64,000 bases of DNA. Source: Macrostomum lignano (taxonomy: Eukaryota). Of this stretch, positions 49,561 to 62,505 are shown in pieces; positions within the stretch are counted from its first letter, which is position 1; each line of letters begins with the position of its first letter. Where the stretch lies: contig NIVC01000548.1 of assembly GCA_002269645.1 (NCBI GenBank), positions 49,693 through 113,692 on the forward strand, read 5' to 3'. The notes beneath the pieces are model-generated. The model was not told where the DNA came from. It was given only the letters and a program-made list of their open reading frames with translations, and did not search any database. Both the position numbers and the translations under genes were made by a program.

Positions 49561-49810
49561 GAGCCGGGGGTGATGGGAGACTCAAGGATGAGCGGAGGGT
49601 GATGGGAGACTCAAGGAAGAGCTGAGGGAGATGGGAGACTCAAGGATGAGCTGAGGGTAATGGAAGACTCAAGGATGAGCTGAACATCTGTGGCTAGAGC
49701 GGAGGGTGATGGGAGACTCAAGGATGAGCTGAGGATGATGGGAGACTCAAGGATGAGCTGAGGGTAATGGGAGACTCAAGGATGAGCTGAGCACCTGTGG
49801 CTGGAGCTGA
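49561..49810. repeat. ~29-bp minisatellite (GGGAGACTCAAGGATGAGCTGAGGGTGAT)
   Basis: About 7-8 units starting right after the stop codon. Confidence 0.85.
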
Positions 49811-50211
49811 TTGTGATGGGAAACTCGAAAATGTGTTTTTTCGTTGCCTAGTGCAAATTTTTCTAACCAAAATAGTTGGTACGAAAGCTTTATTAAAGTC
49901 TTTTTTGCTAAAAAATTACTGAATTGCAATGTTTATATTTTATCATGAAGCAATCGAGAAAATATCCTCATGAAAACTGTTTTAATCGTAATTTGAATTA
50001 AGTGGACTAATTCCAATAGAACTATTTGATAGTCCTAAATATACATAATTGAACATTTTTCCAGTTCCAGGCGTTTTCGCTCTCAAATATGTATTTTCAG
50101 GTTATTTCTGCTTACTTGTTAGTAGCGAGATACAGTTTCTTTAGTCCGTTATTCCGCTACAGGTCTCATTGTCTCAGGTTTTCTACCAACCGCATTTCAG
50201 CGACTGCTCTG

Positions 50212-52424
50212 ATGAATCCGCAGCAGCTGAAGGATGTCGCGGCCGCCAAGATCGACGAGTCGCGCGAGCTGCTGCTCGGCGTCAGCTCCCGCCTGTGGCA
50301 GAACCCGGAGCTGGCGCTGGAGGAGCGAATGGCGCACCAGCTGCTGACGGAGACGCTGGAGTCGTCGGGCTTCAGCGTGACGCGGCACTTTGTGCTGGAC
50401 ACCGGGTTCAAGGCCGAGTTCGGGTCTGCTGGCGCCGGGCGGCCCCACATCGCCGTGATGTGCGAGTTCGACGCTCTGCCGGGCATCGGGCACGCCTGCG
50501 GACACAACCTGATCGCCGAGGTGGCGGTGGGCGCCGGTCTGGGCATCAAGGCGGCCATGGAGGCGGGCGGCCTGGCCGGCAGGGTCACCGTGCTCGGGAC
50601 GCCGGCAGAGGAGCACTACGGCGGAAAGATCAACTTTATTGAGGCCGGCTTCTTCAAAGACGTTGACGTGGCCCTCATGGCGCACCCGTACAAGCTGACG
50701 GCAGTGCACGTGCCGCACCTCAGTGTGGCTTTCCTCCGAGCAACGTACACCGGCAAGGCGTCCCACGCTGCCGGCTCGCCCTGGGAGGGCCTCAACGCCC
50801 TTGACGCGGCCGTGACGGCCTACCAGAGCGTGTCGAACTTGCGGCAGCAGATGCGGCCGGAGTGGCGGGTGCACGGCATCGTGAAGGAGGGCGGCCAGCG
50901 GCCCAACATCATCCCTGAGCGAGCTGTGCTGGGTGAGTCGATTTGATAAAAAGTTATTCAACGTAGCTCTGTTAAATTGACTGCTGAAAATAATGTTTGC
51001 TGAACGTCAAATGGTGCAGTTACCATTGTATACTGATGATGTAAGGCCCCCTGTTGTTTCCTTGTGCTAAAGCCCCTTGATCCTAAAGCCCCTTGGTGCT
51101 GGCGCCCCTTGGTGCTGGCGCACCTTGGTGCTGGCGCCCCTTGGTGCTGGCGCCCCTTGGTGCTGGCGCCCTTGGTGCTAAAGCCTCTTGGTGCTGGCGC
51201 CCCTTGGTGCTATAGCCCCTTGGTGCTGGCGCCTCTTGGTGCTGGCGCCCCTTGGTGCTGGCGCCCCTTGGTGCTGGCGCCTCTTGGTGCTGGCGCCCCT
51301 TGGTGCTAAAGCCCCTTGGTGCTGAAGCCTCTTGGTGCTAAAGCCCCTTGGTGCTAAAGCCCCTTGGAGCTAAAGCCTCTTGTTGCTAAAGCCCCTTGGT
51401 GCTGGCGCCCCTTGGTGCCAAAGCTTCTTGGTGCTAAAGCCCCTTGATGCTGGCGCTCCTTGGTGCTGGCGCCTCTTGGTGCTGGCGCCCCTTGGTGCTG
51501 GCGCCCCTTGGTACCAAAGCCCCTTGGTGCCAAGGCTTCTTGGTGCTAAAGCCCCTTGATGCTGGCGCTCCTTGGTGCTGGCGCCCCTTGGTGCTGGCGC
51601 CTCTTGGTGCTGGCGCCTCTTGGTGCTGGCGCCTCTTGGTGCTGGCGCCCCTTGGTGCTGGCGCCCCTTGGTACCAAAGCCCCTTGGTGCTAAAGCCTCT
51701 TGGTGCTAAAGCCCCTTGGTTACAAAGCCCCTTGGTGCTAAAGCCTCTTGGTGTTAAAGCCCCTTGGTGCTAAAGCCTCTTGATGCTAAAGCCTCTTGAT
51801 GCAGGAGCCATCTGTCATGGTTGAAGCTGAACTTGCACTTTAAATTCTATGGCTTTCTTGACGTATTACGTTTTAGTTATTGTTTAGAAGTTAAGCACCT
51901 TAAATCTGCTTCGATCCGAAACAATGTTTCTTTCAACATCAATTTCGTCAGACTATTTCGTCCGCTGTCCCAGCGATCGCGAACTGGCCGTACTCCGAGC
52001 TCGAGTTGAAGCCTGCCTCCGGGCTGGCGCGGTCGCCTCCGGCTGCGAATGCAGCATCGAGGACATAAGCCGCGGCTACAGCAGCGTCATCTGCAACGCG
52101 CCACTCGGAGCTGCCTATAGCGCCAATCTGACCGCTCTAGGTGTTGAACACGTTGGCATCACGGAACTGCCGTCGGGTTCAACAGATATGGGCAACGTTA
52201 GTTACACTGTGCCGGCAATCCATCCCATGTTCTACATGGGCGGCGACGCGCCCAACCATAGCGTGGAGTTCACTCGATTTGTTAACCTACCGGAGGCCCA
52301 GCCGTATACTCTGGCTCAGGCCAAGGCCCTGGCCATGACTGGCATTGACATCCTGACTGGGCCCGAGCTGCTGGCCAAGTGTGAGGCTCAGTTTAAAGCC
52401 GATTTGGCTCGGTTCGCTGCCTAA
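50212..52424 (+). CDS. PM20D2: PM20D2 paralog 3 (397 aa)
   Basis: Exons 50212-50932 and 51952-52424; all M20 motifs intact. Confidence 0.92.
51065..51800. repeat. 17-bp minisatellite (CCCTTGGTGCTGGCGCC / CCCTTGGTGCTAAAGCC)
   Basis: About 42 units in the PM20D2-3 intron. Confidence 0.93.
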
Positions 52425-53324
52425 TTGCAATATCGAACATCGATTGCAAAAAACGAATCATCTGCTGAGACATCGTTTAGAAAGTTTTATTGTTATAATG
52501 ACACCTTTCTAAGAAAACAAATTTTCCTTTAACGTTTGAAAATATAGCGTGATTATACGAAAATTTTATAAATCGCTGTTAATGTTTGCGGCAATAGTGC
52601 AAAGTCCAATGAAACATTTGCTATAAGTTCTGTAATAGAATATTTAAACCAAATAAATCGTGCTATAATATATTTCTGCTTTAAATTAGTGTTTTAAGTA
52701 CTTAAATAAACTTCAGTTAAGGTTGCGAATACCTTCTTTAATTATTTGGTTTGAAATGATGAAATTTGAAATTTGTATTTACTCCAGTTATTGAGTGATT
52801 TGTGATTTGATTACATTGCATTGCGTTAGATTGTGATAATGCATGTATAACTATTGCATTGCTTTTGGACATGACTGCCTTCTCAACGTCCCAGTAACTT
52901 GTTGTTCCCTCAGCGCCATACAGGATTCCAATTACATCTAAGATTTAAAAAATAAAATAATGCTTAATATTTTACAATTATCTTTCTCATCCATAAAGCT
53001 GGAATTGCAACAACATCCACTGTCTTTACAAATCCTTGGGATGCAGATTTGTTGCTGAGGTGGGGACGAGGTTAGAGAGAACAACTGGCTAGCTTGCGAA
53101 AAATACAAAGATTTTAGTGTTGGTCGTACTCAATGTACAATGGAATGTACACTCGATCTATGCAGCTGTTGTCAATCTGTACAGGTGGGGCTGACTGGGC
53201 TTAACTAGAAAAAGAACGGATGATTTTTTGTGCCTCAGTTACAGCAACTCTTTCACAATCTGTTTCACACTCTTCCACTCTGTCACAATCCGACCTGCTC
53301 TGGGTTTATTCGCTTCTCAGTTCT

Positions 53325-53865
53325 CCTCTCTTCCCTTCCTCTCCTCTCCTCTCCTCTACTCTCCTCTCCTCTCCTCTCCTCTCCTCTACTCTCCTCTCTT
53401 CTCCTCTCCTCTCCTCTCCCCTTTCTCTCCTCTCCTCTCCTATCCTCCCCTCTCCTCTCCTCTCCTCTCCTCTCCTCTCCTCTCCTCTCCTCTCCTCTCC
53501 TCTCATCTCCTCTACTCTCCTCTCCTCTCCTCTCCTCTCCTCTCCTCTCATCTCCTCTACTCTCCTCTCTTCTCCTCTCCTCTCCTCTCCCCTTTCTCTC
53601 CTCTCCTCTCCTATCCTCCCCTCTCCTCTCCTCTCCTCTCCTCTCCTCTCCTCTCCTCTCCTCTCCTCTCCTCTCCTCTCATCTCCTCTACTCTCCTCTC
53701 CTCTCCTCTCCTCTCCTCTCCTCTCATCTCCTCTACTCTCCTCTCCTCTACTCTCCTCTCCTCTCCTCTCCTCTCTCCTCTCCTCTCCTCTCCTCTCCTC
53801 TCCTCTTCTCTCTCCCCTCTCTCCCCTCTCTCCTCTCCTCTCCTCTCCTCTTCTCTCTCCCCTCT
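53325..53865. repeat. (CTCCT)n microsatellite
   Basis: About 540-bp pentanucleotide tract. Confidence 0.95.
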
Positions 53866-54189
53866 TTTATCTAGGCCTCAGGAAAAATGATTCATATGAT
53901 TCAATTATTATTCAATTACATAATTCAGGAATTATGTAACGCAGCTTATTCTGTTTTGTACAGGAATAATGGTAGGCATTGTTCTTTATGCTGCGCCTCT
54001 GCAGATAGCTTTTGTCTGGAGAGAATTCCATATACTAAAATCTGCTCCCATCTGTGGGATGAGTCACAGAATGAGTAAACTCTGCATGGGGTCACAGGCA
54101 AATACTCCAAGTTAAGTCACAGCACCACAGACCAGTAAATAAAATATAGTATTATCAATCGGTCTTGTTTCCTGGTCTTTTGGGGGGTT

Positions 54190-55049
54190 GGCGGGTTCGA
54201 TTCCCGATCCCACTGGAACAATTTGTGTCTTTAAGCAAGAGACACTTAAAACTCTGCATTGCTTCAGTTCACCCAGCTGTAAAATGGGTGCCAGCATTAG
54301 CTGGGGTAATTAAGGATGTGTGTAGCGACCCCCCCCCCAGTCCTTGGACGGAACAGCCGTACGCAGCCTTCAGATGCGCCGCGCAGTAGCTGCGGCTGAG
54401 CTGTCGGTTGCACATCTGGCCATTAACAGTAGAACTACCAAGAGGGGGGGGGGGAAATTCCCCCCCCCTGACAATTTTTTTTGCTGCGCCGGAACGGAGC
54501 AACGCAGACACACAAAAAAACACGGGCTAACTTTTTGTTGCGCACCTTCTCAAACAAGAATCAAGTCGCCAGCCCTCCGGACCGTCGAGATATTCGACGA
54601 CTCTGCCAGAAGGTCGGATTTTTCCCATAAGCGCTAGCGTATTCAGCACACCCCTGTGCGCCAATCAGCACTGCGCCTCAGTGCAGCCTTGCCAAGTCTC
54701 CAAATTTCATCAGCACGTCGACCAAATGTGTCTGCATCAGCTCTGACTTCGTTGGTTACTGGCCTTCACCGAGACGGAGCTTCTAGACCTTCAACAGGTG
54801 GCACCAGGTGACTATGAATACCTTGATGCGAATTTCTCGAGGTTCACCGATCAAGCCTCGACAGTAGGCAAGCCTCAACTGCCGGACACCCTCAGCTAGT
54901 CTCCTGAGCATTCCGTCATCATCCCGACACCGTCGGCACCTTCAAAATTGTCAGGGGGGGGGGAAATTCCCCCCCCCTCTTGGTAGTTCGACGGGCGGAA
55001 AAATGGCTTGGTATTCCTACTGTTAAGGCAGGTGTAATTAATTATTATT
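54190..55049 (+). mobile_element. Second copy of the tRNA-SINE (A box missing), split by a DNA element
   Basis: B box to core to GCACATCTGGCC, resuming as GGCAGGTGTAAT(TAT)n at 55027. Confidence 0.85.
54427..55022. mobile_element. 596-bp non-autonomous TIR element with TTAA TSD
   Basis: TTAA at 54423-54426 and 55023-55026; CAGTAG...CTACTG termini; TIRs contain (G)n-AAATT-(C)n. Confidence 0.85.
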
Positions 55050-55879
55050 GCTTCAGAAAAAAATAAAAATGTTGATATGCGTATTATCGTACTGCAAAGA
55101 GTGTATAGAGTTTCTGTACTGATGCCCTAAATTTTACTAATGATAAAAATGTCCATCCAGTTTCATACAGTTACTCATGCCTGTTTAGTTAATTCCGTGC
55201 GGCCTGTGTGTACGAAAATTAGCCATAGGGGATTGTACTATAGTGCGATTCACTATACCATAAGGGCCAACCGCGAAGACCAGAAGTATATTCACCAAAA
55301 TACCCTTGTAGATTTTCTACAGTATTTGTTTAAACAAATATATACTTATTTATTTATTTCTTTGCAAAACTTACAAGCTAGTGCGTGTTTTCCTTATAGA
55401 TAAGCTGTTACCGTGTAAAAAATCTTCAATATAGTATTGTTCGTAAGAAAACAGAAGAAAACACTGAAAAATTCAAATGCACTTTCAACTAATAAAAAAG
55501 ACGTAAGAACAAGGAAAAAATGTGCAGCCTATTGGGCTATTGTATGACAATCGCAAGAAATTCCACGCTATGGAGTTCTAAAAAAGAAAGCTCAAAATAG
55601 TCTTAAACGACTTAAAGAGGCTACAACACCGATGCGTTCTGAAAAGAACTTTGAAAGACTAAAAATAGTACCGTTTGGAGAACTATTTAAATAAAAACCT
55701 ACGGAGAAACTATTTCTAAGAAATCGCTTCACACCTCGCCCTCTCGATGCTTCGTCCTAACATAAACACAAAAAACCTATTGGGGATTTGGTCAGAAGGC
55801 AGAGACTAACAGCAGCACTTTATTGCTAAAATGCTGCGCTCCGAACGGAAATCCGCTTTGATTCAAGAGTTGTCCTTTG

Positions 55880-58800
55880 TCACGCAGAAGAGCGAAGCCG
55901 AAGCCGCTGCATCAGCTGCGCTTTCATGCAGGCCCTCCAGACCTGCTCAGCAATGAGGCGCCCAGTCATTGAACGCAGCGTCTTGTCCATATTCCTCTGT
56001 CGCTGCTGCTGCTGCAGCTCGCGAATGTTCAGCGAAGATCGACGAGGCCGACGAGTTGTTGCAGTTGTTCCCGGCGAAATCGACATCAATCTGCGTCTGA
56101 GCGGTTGCGTTGTCTGATATTGAAGATCCTGATCCTGCTGGTGCTGATCAAACTGTCGCGAATGTTTTGTACTGCTGCTCTGCAGCGCGGACAAGCCAGA
56201 GGGATAGGGCCTAAAAGGAATGAACACAACAGTCAAGTGCTCTGGCAATTTTACGAGATTCAATTTCGACTATACTGATAAAACTAGACTCTCAAAGCAG
56301 ATTTGAATCGTCTAATCTCTCCAATAGCTTGAAAAATGTCGCCATGAAAAATAACAAGAGGGTGGCGTGGTTTGACCCTCCCAATTTTACCAGCCATAAT
56401 ATTTTCCAGCACCTAAAGACCCCCTGCTAACAAAGCAACCAACAAGAACCCTCATTAACACGTCACCTGGAGAACTGCTGCGTGTGCCGGAACCGTCTCT
56501 GCCTTTCCCCGTCGAAGTCGGACTCGACGACCTCCCACACCGACTCGAAGACAACCGCGCCAAGCAAGGAAGAAGCTCCACCACTCGATGTAGTCATCGC
56601 CTCGACGCACAGCCGCTCCCAGCAGGTCTGCGTTAGTCGAGCCAGTCGTCGACGAGCTCGCTGCGTTGACGTCGAGTAGGACGACTGCATCGACGGGTCT
56701 TGCTGCTGCTGCTGTTGCCAGCTCTTGCCGTGCGTCGGCAGGCTGGTCGCCACGGCACCCATCACGCACTCGAGCCGTCGATCTTGGATGCAAACCAGCA
56801 AAGTTCGCTGAATCGCCAATCGGACGTAAGCAAACGAACCGGTTGTAGACGCGCACGGATAATCCTCGTTCTCGTCGCCGCAATCGTCAAAACTATCAGC
56901 GTCGTTTGCTTCGTCCATGGCCTCGTCGATCAGACGAGAGTCGGCTTCTGTTTCCGTTAAACTTTGAAATATGCATAGCAAAGCGTCCGAGAGAACGGCA
57001 TCGCGACTGCGCTCCAGACTGCGCTGAAACTCTTTAGTCATTGCCGTCTCTTCGTCGAAGACAACCGCCATATATGACGTCACAATTCCAAGCAGGCAGT
57101 CGGTGGCGCAGCGATCCGTCAGGCTTTGAGCGCAGGCGGCAACCGCTGCCGGCATCACTGCGGATGATTGGCACTGAACCGGCGGCTGCGACTGACAGCG
57201 ACGCCTCTGAAACTGCTGGTGCTGCTGCTGAGTTGCTTGACGGCCTGTCTGCTCCAGTTCCGTTCTGAAGGCCGATTTTGACCGAGCCGCTGTCGCAGTT
57301 GACTGCTGATATCGCTGCCTGGACACTGTGCGACTTTGCTGATGTCTCCTGGAATTGGCTGACGAAGCCGCCACTATCGGCATCTCCGAGGCGCCGACAA
57401 CGCAGAAAAAATACCGACCGGACGGGTCGACGCGTCGGAGCAGAGATCGAAGCATGTTGGCGCAACCGCGCGGCTTAGAGTCCGATCTAAGCGGCACCAC
57501 CTTCAGGGCATAGCTGACTTGGTGAGTGACGTCGCCAACGGGCGTGTCAGTTTCAGTCGCTGGCATTGTGCTGCACCGACGCTCGCGAAGTTCCAACCGA
57601 CAGCCGGTGCGTTGCTCCATCGCTTTCAGACGTCTGTCGGAGCGGTCCAACGCGGCCAGAGCCAGGGCGGCTCTCGGCTGCAGGCCGCACAGCAGGAGAG
57701 TCTCTGGCAAACTGGCCTTCGAGGCTGTTGGCAACTTTGTTGAAGCAACTGCGGAGTTGGGAGACTTCTTGGCCCCGGCTGTGGCCGCGTTGACGTACTC
57801 GGACTCGGCAAAGGTGATGGCCTCAACGTCGGCCAGGGTGGTGTCGCACGATTCCTCAAGGTGCTGGGCAGCTTGCTGCTTCTGCAGCTGGGCGCGATGC
57901 TGCAGGTTCTGGTAGGGACTAGAAGCTTGAACTGGCTGATGAGGCGGAGACTGGCACTGGGCGCGCTTTACTCTGTCTGCGTAGGGCTTATGGTGGTTAT
58001 TCGCCTGTTGAGCTGTAGTTGTTGCTGTAACCGTTCGCTGCTTCTGACGCTGCAGCTGTTGCTGCTGCTGTTGCTTCTGCAGCTGCTGCTTGTTTCCAGG
58101 ACGAAACCGGGTCGTAGCGGACGCTTCAGCTTTTCTAGTGCTCGGCCGCTTTTTAGCATCTGTGCTAGACGATTTTGAAGTCTGCGTCGACAAGTTGAAG
58201 TCGATACGGCGACGGGACGGCGAAACAGACGATTGATGAAGGGGCGGCGGCGCTGCCGGCTGCAGTGACGTGTGCAGACGGGCCAACAGCCGAGTGGCTT
58301 CGCCAGCTTCAACAAGAGCGCAGACGCAGGCGCGGCTGATCTCGCAATGTGCCAGCGTGTCAACGGCGCTGACCAGGTGGGCCGCCGAGACACCGGCCGC
58401 TTCGGCTCGTCGCGCGGTGGCCTCGTCGTTGGCAGCCGCCTCGGATTCGACAAAAGCCGCCTGCATCGCCAAGCAGCGCAGGCAGCTGTCGATGACTTGT
58501 TCGGCCAGCTGACGACACTCCGAGTCTCTCGCCGCCGTCGCCGCTGCGGCAGCTTTCGCCAAATTGGCAACAATGCCGTTTGCATCGCGTCCGAATCGAT
58601 CGAATCGACGCGGCATCAACAAGCGACAGTCGTCAACCGAGGTTGGGAATTTTCGCGTAACCTGCGGCAAAAGATGGGGTTGATAGAAGTGGTAAGTGTG
58701 TAAGGTGGGACCGTGTGTCGGTAAGATAAGACCATGTGTCGGAAAGGTAGGACCGTGTGTCGGAAAGGTAGGACCGTGTGTCGGTAAGGTAGGACCGTGT

Positions 58801-59610
58801 TGTTGGAAAGGTAGGACCGTGTGTCGGTAAGGTAGGACTGTGTGTCGGTAGGGTAGGAACGTGTGTCGGAAAGGTAGGACCATGTGTCGGAAAGGTAGGA
58901 CCGTGTGTCGGTAAGGTAGGACCGTGTGTCGGAAAGGTAGGACCGTGTGTCGGTAAGGTAGGACCGTGTGTCGGAAAGGTAGGACCGAATGTCAATAAGG
59001 TTTGGCAGTGTCCGGTAATGAGCTTGTCTTTGTAATGAAGGATTGTGTGTGAGTGTGCGTATTTTCTGGACTATTAATTTAGGGAACAATTTGTTGACAT
59101 TTTATAAAGTAAGATTATACGCTGGTAATGTACTTGATTTCAATATTAATACATGTCTGCGTGGGACAATGGCGTCAAAGGCGCTGCGCTAGGGTGCCCC
59201 CCCACAGCCTTCTTCAGATACTACCATTTTTTTTAATTCCGAGAAAGTTCTCTCACCTGCTTCCCATCTGGTCTAATCAGGGTCTGCTGAAACGGCATCA
59301 TCGCCATCTGTCCCAGAAAGTACAGTCTCAGCAGGTTCAACGCGCCCAAATAGTTTCCGCGCCTCTCGCGCTGATCGAATGCCAACTGCAGCAGACGGTA
59401 CTTCTCGGCCAGCCTGTCCGGCAGCTTGCCCCAGCTGATTTTGCAGCCGCAGGTTGACTCGATTTTGCGCAGTCGATGATCGTCTGGCAAGTCGCTAAAC
59501 AATGCCTGAGGCAAAGTTTTCTGATAGGCCGGTATGAGGAACGAGGCCCGGAGTACGCGGTCCTGTTGCTGCTGCTGCTTCTGGCGGTGCTTCGGACCTT
59601 TGCTGGTCAT
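55880..59610 (-). CDS. Uncharacterised 959-aa Q/A-rich protein with two degenerate KH-like segments
   Basis: Exons 59610-59257, 58661-56467, 56210-55880; GT-AG with consistent phases 0 and 2; total 2880 nt. Segments RLRKIESTCGCKISW and RLKAMEQRTGCRLEL. Confidence 0.75.
58705..58990. repeat. 21-bp minisatellite (GGTAGGACCGTGTGTCGGAAA)
   Basis: About 13 intronic units. Confidence 0.92.
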
Positions 59611-60169
59611 TCTTCTTTTGTGAATCAGTCTGATGTAATCTAACCTATTTAATGCCAGTGCAATGACAGCTTATACACGTTATTAAGTTCTCGATTGGGG
59701 AATATTAAGATCATCAATTGTCTATGGCTGAGAACTCTAAGTCTAAGGCAGACAATCGGCTGGATAAGTTTTATCAATAGATACGCCCGTAAGCATGATT
59801 AAAGTACGAGCTACGTATACTCAGCCACATTGAAAAGTCGCCACTCGATGCGCCAGTGAGCAATATCTCTTGGCCCCACTTCATTCCTCAACTCAAGTCT
59901 TCCGCGGCGTAGCTGCAAGTTGCGTCACTCGCAAAGATTGAGAGACTTTACCTGCACTCAAAAGTGGCGACCACTGACGGAATCTTCTGTGATGGCGACT
60001 TTTCAGTGTTGTTGAGTACATGTATCAGGCTAAATTCCATTGAGCTACAGTTTTTCCGGAAGCATGAAGCTGGAGGCTGCAGCTAGTTCGGTGACAATAC
60101 AATACAATAGATACAAGGTCCTCCGACCACAAAGTGGTCAGGAAAAGGGGGGACAATGTCAAAAAAACA

Positions 60170-60620
60170 GGCTTAGTCGCACAGTCTCTAATAAAGGCAA
60201 CACCGTTGGCCTGATCAGGCGACTTGGCACCTTCCGTCAACACAGTCGACGAACCTCCGGGTCCGGGCCTGCCCCGCCGGAAGGAGTTCTGGGCAGTTGA
60301 CGCGGCACGGATGACGCGACCCGCCAGCTTCAGGCGTCGCTGTCGCAGGGTCATGCTGGGAGGGCCCAGCTTGGCCCGTTGACAGAGGGCCTGGTTGGTG
60401 ACGTGCTCGGCGTGACGGTGGATGTTGAAGGTAGCGCGTAGCAGGCTGGATCGTGCACCGCGTCCAGTTTTCGCTCCAGGACCTCCATCCGTTTTGGTCC
60501 ATGTCTCGGCGTTGTAGAGGAGCACCGCTTGCCTGGAACAGTCGGGTCTTCAACTGGTCCGACAGGGCGTTGCTTTGGAGCACGACATGCAACTGAGCGG
60601 AAAGTTCGGTGACAGATTCA
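60170..60620 (-). mobile_element. 5'-truncated RTE-clade LINE remnant (C-terminal domain)
   Basis: LKTRLFQA..VLLYNAETWT...LLRATFNI...HVTNQAL...TLRQRRLKLAGRVIR matches the RTE C-terminal pattern; frameshifted. Confidence 0.75.
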
Positions 60621-62505
60621 GGATTACCGTCAACACTGTACTGCCTTGTAGGCTGCAAGACGGGGTATCCAGGACACACATTAGACACAATATTTGGACT
60701 GGGCTAGTTCACTGTCTTTTGACGCGCATCGCGTACAACGGAAGCCACTCAATTAATGCGAAGAGGCACGCAAGCCGCTGAATGAATGCCACGTGAAAGG
60801 ACGATGCACATTAATTACAAACGCTGAGAACTGTATAAGTCGCGACATGCAGACTATTTATAAACAGCTACATGTACATTACATTTATTTCAAATTTCAT
60901 ATCATAGAAAACTAAATAGAACAAGGAACATGCAGTAATTTTTGGTGTTGTGGAATTTGGTTCTTATGAAGCCCCAATTCAGTCTCGAGTTTTGCATTGA
61001 TAACACACACCTATACAGGCTACCTGTAGGCGGCCTACACCTAAACAATTCAGGGGTTATGGTGTCAAATTTAGGTAGAGGTTTGTTTGGGTATGAATCG
61101 GATGATACTATAACATAATGTACAACGAAAAAGTCAGTTTCAATTGCTACAAGTACATATATCTGCTTCTATGAGAGGTAATATATGACGTAATCGGAGA
61201 ATCGGAGGGGTCTGTTGCCTGAAGCAAATCTCAATAAATTGTCTTAGCAGGTGACGCCCTGAAACAACGGTTCACAACGTGGGGTGGAGGGGGCAAAAAG
61301 CATTGGCATATCCCCTTACATGTAATAGCTTTTACTGGAGGGACACATGCACATGCAACACGAATACATGTACATTATGTGGGTGGAGTAACAGAGATTT
61401 CAATTTCGGGCATTTCAAGCAAGAGTTTGTAAAATTCGGGCGACATCATTCCACAACCCCAGCCCTGACTGTCTAATCGCACACTCTCTGAGCTGTGGTG
61501 CTTGGCCCCTGAAACACTGAAATTAACCAAGGCAAAACAGACAGACAAAACTGAAAAGCATTTTGCGGGATGGAGAATCCAAATTACAATCGAGTCATTT
61601 GAACACTGCAGCACAGATATTACTGTACCGCAAGTAGTGCATTGTGTTGTTAAACAATATATAATATAAGTTAATAAGTTAATAATGGCATGCAAAATTG
61701 AGACAAGACAAATACTACTACTAGTAAGTAAGCAAGCACGAATATAATATTTTTGAAGTGTTCGATACAGAATTATTTTCATTTTATTTTAAAACAAACA
61801 GAAACAAATTAATGAAAAAATATTGACTTACAGTGGGTAGCATTTAGAAATGAAAGAAACAGCGTTTTAAACTAAGTTTATAAAATGATTGCACGAAGCG
61901 TATCTAGCTACTCACTAATGGGGATTTTCATTGTGATTTAACTAGCAACAAAATTATTGCCAACCAGAGAGCAATTTTGACCATAAAAAATAAGAAAAGC
62001 CCAACTTGAGGCAAGATTTATGAAATTTAGAACAAAACACATTGAAGTAAGCACAACAAGTCTATTAATTAATAATTGTTACTATAATAATACTTTACCG
62101 CCAATCACACCTCGGATATAATATTAAAAATGAAAACCGAGCACGCCTCTGACAAATTGACAAAATAATAATTATAGTTTTGTTTTAACAAAATAAATAA
62201 TGGCATTTATATTAGACAAGCAAATTAACAAAAAGCAAAACCACCATAACAACAAGAACAGTATATTCAGCTGCAGTAAAATGTGTGTTTTCACTGTGTT
62301 AAACAAATGATTATTCTAGTTTTGAACTACTTGCAATGGACTACTTACACAGAATTAAATAATACCAAAGGTGACAATTGCATTCATTAATTGTTAATAA
62401 GCTCCTGTCAAAGTCTGCTTAACTTTTGCAACTCTTTTTTGAAGCAAAACAGTATGGTCATTATTTGCCTCAAACTATAAAATAGCTTACAGTGTTCATG
62501 CAGCA

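Noticed and set aside
52700-53300. Short Cys-containing exon-like segments on the minus strand
   Set aside because: Would need a ~40-nt intron, and has no start codon or homology; insufficient support.
53220-53939. Leu/Ser/Pro-rich ORFs
   Set aside because: Translation of the (CTCCT)n microsatellite.
56463-58883. 806-aa ORF as annotated, starting MVLPFRHTF
   Set aside because: Its first 74 codons are the intronic 21-bp repeat; the real exon starts at the acceptor at 58661.
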